A DNA stretch of 64,000 nucleotides, taken from NCBI RefSeq assembly GCF_009914755.1, contig NC_060939.1. One strand, 5' to 3'. Below the pieces are notes generated by a model, which saw only the letters and a list, made by a program, of their open reading frames with translations, had not been told where the DNA came from and searched no databases. Shown here piece after piece: positions 60,195-64,000 of this stretch (the stretch's first letter is position 1; every line of letters starts with the position of its first letter). The stretch is from the human T2T-CHM13v2.0 reference genome, Homo sapiens. The translations under genes and the position numbers were made by a program.

Positions 60195-60381
60195 TTGACT
60201 TCATTTGGGTGTTTCTTACAGATATCGTTTAAGTTTTCGGTTCTGCTTGTAAACGCTTTAATCGCTCATGCGTTTAAACTTTGTGTAAGTGCAAGCGTTC
60301 TTTTTCTAGTGAAGCTTCTTCCGACAAGTTAGAAGTATTTACTTCAGTGTCATTAATGTGAAAGATTCTTAAAAGTGTTCT

Positions 60382-64000
<3,619 letters not shown>

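Overview
Human (hominid) genomic DNA, very Alu-dense; gene content matches the PARP16 locus on 15q22. The complete PARP16 (ARTD15) gene lies on the minus strand: 6 coding exons from 41779 to 14755, 969 nt = 322 aa, with a CpG-island promoter and a poly(A) signal near 13465. Intron 1 carries a sense-strand H/ACA snoRNA retrocopy (SNORA24B). Upstream, on the plus strand, are two complete Pol II U5 snRNA genes (RNU5A-1 51415-51530, RNU5B-1 60055-60170), each with octamer+SPH, PSE and 3' box. Between them are a solo LTR12C-type LTR inserted into an Alu and pointing toward PARP16, and a 5'-truncated processed CDK11 pseudogene. The rest is Alu, L1, L2/MIR, MLT1, Tigger2 and MER remnants. I see no new protein-coding system. 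Best leads: (1) the LTR12 as a candidate distal PARP16 promoter reading antisense through RNU5A-1; (2) SNORA24B as a retroposed, 3'-extended snoRNA precursor with possibly altered guides; (3) a perfect 33-bp palindrome formed in an Alu tail in intron 4; (4) a 183-bp-period duplication in the PARP16 5' region. Gene and repeat names come from sequence recognition, not a database search.
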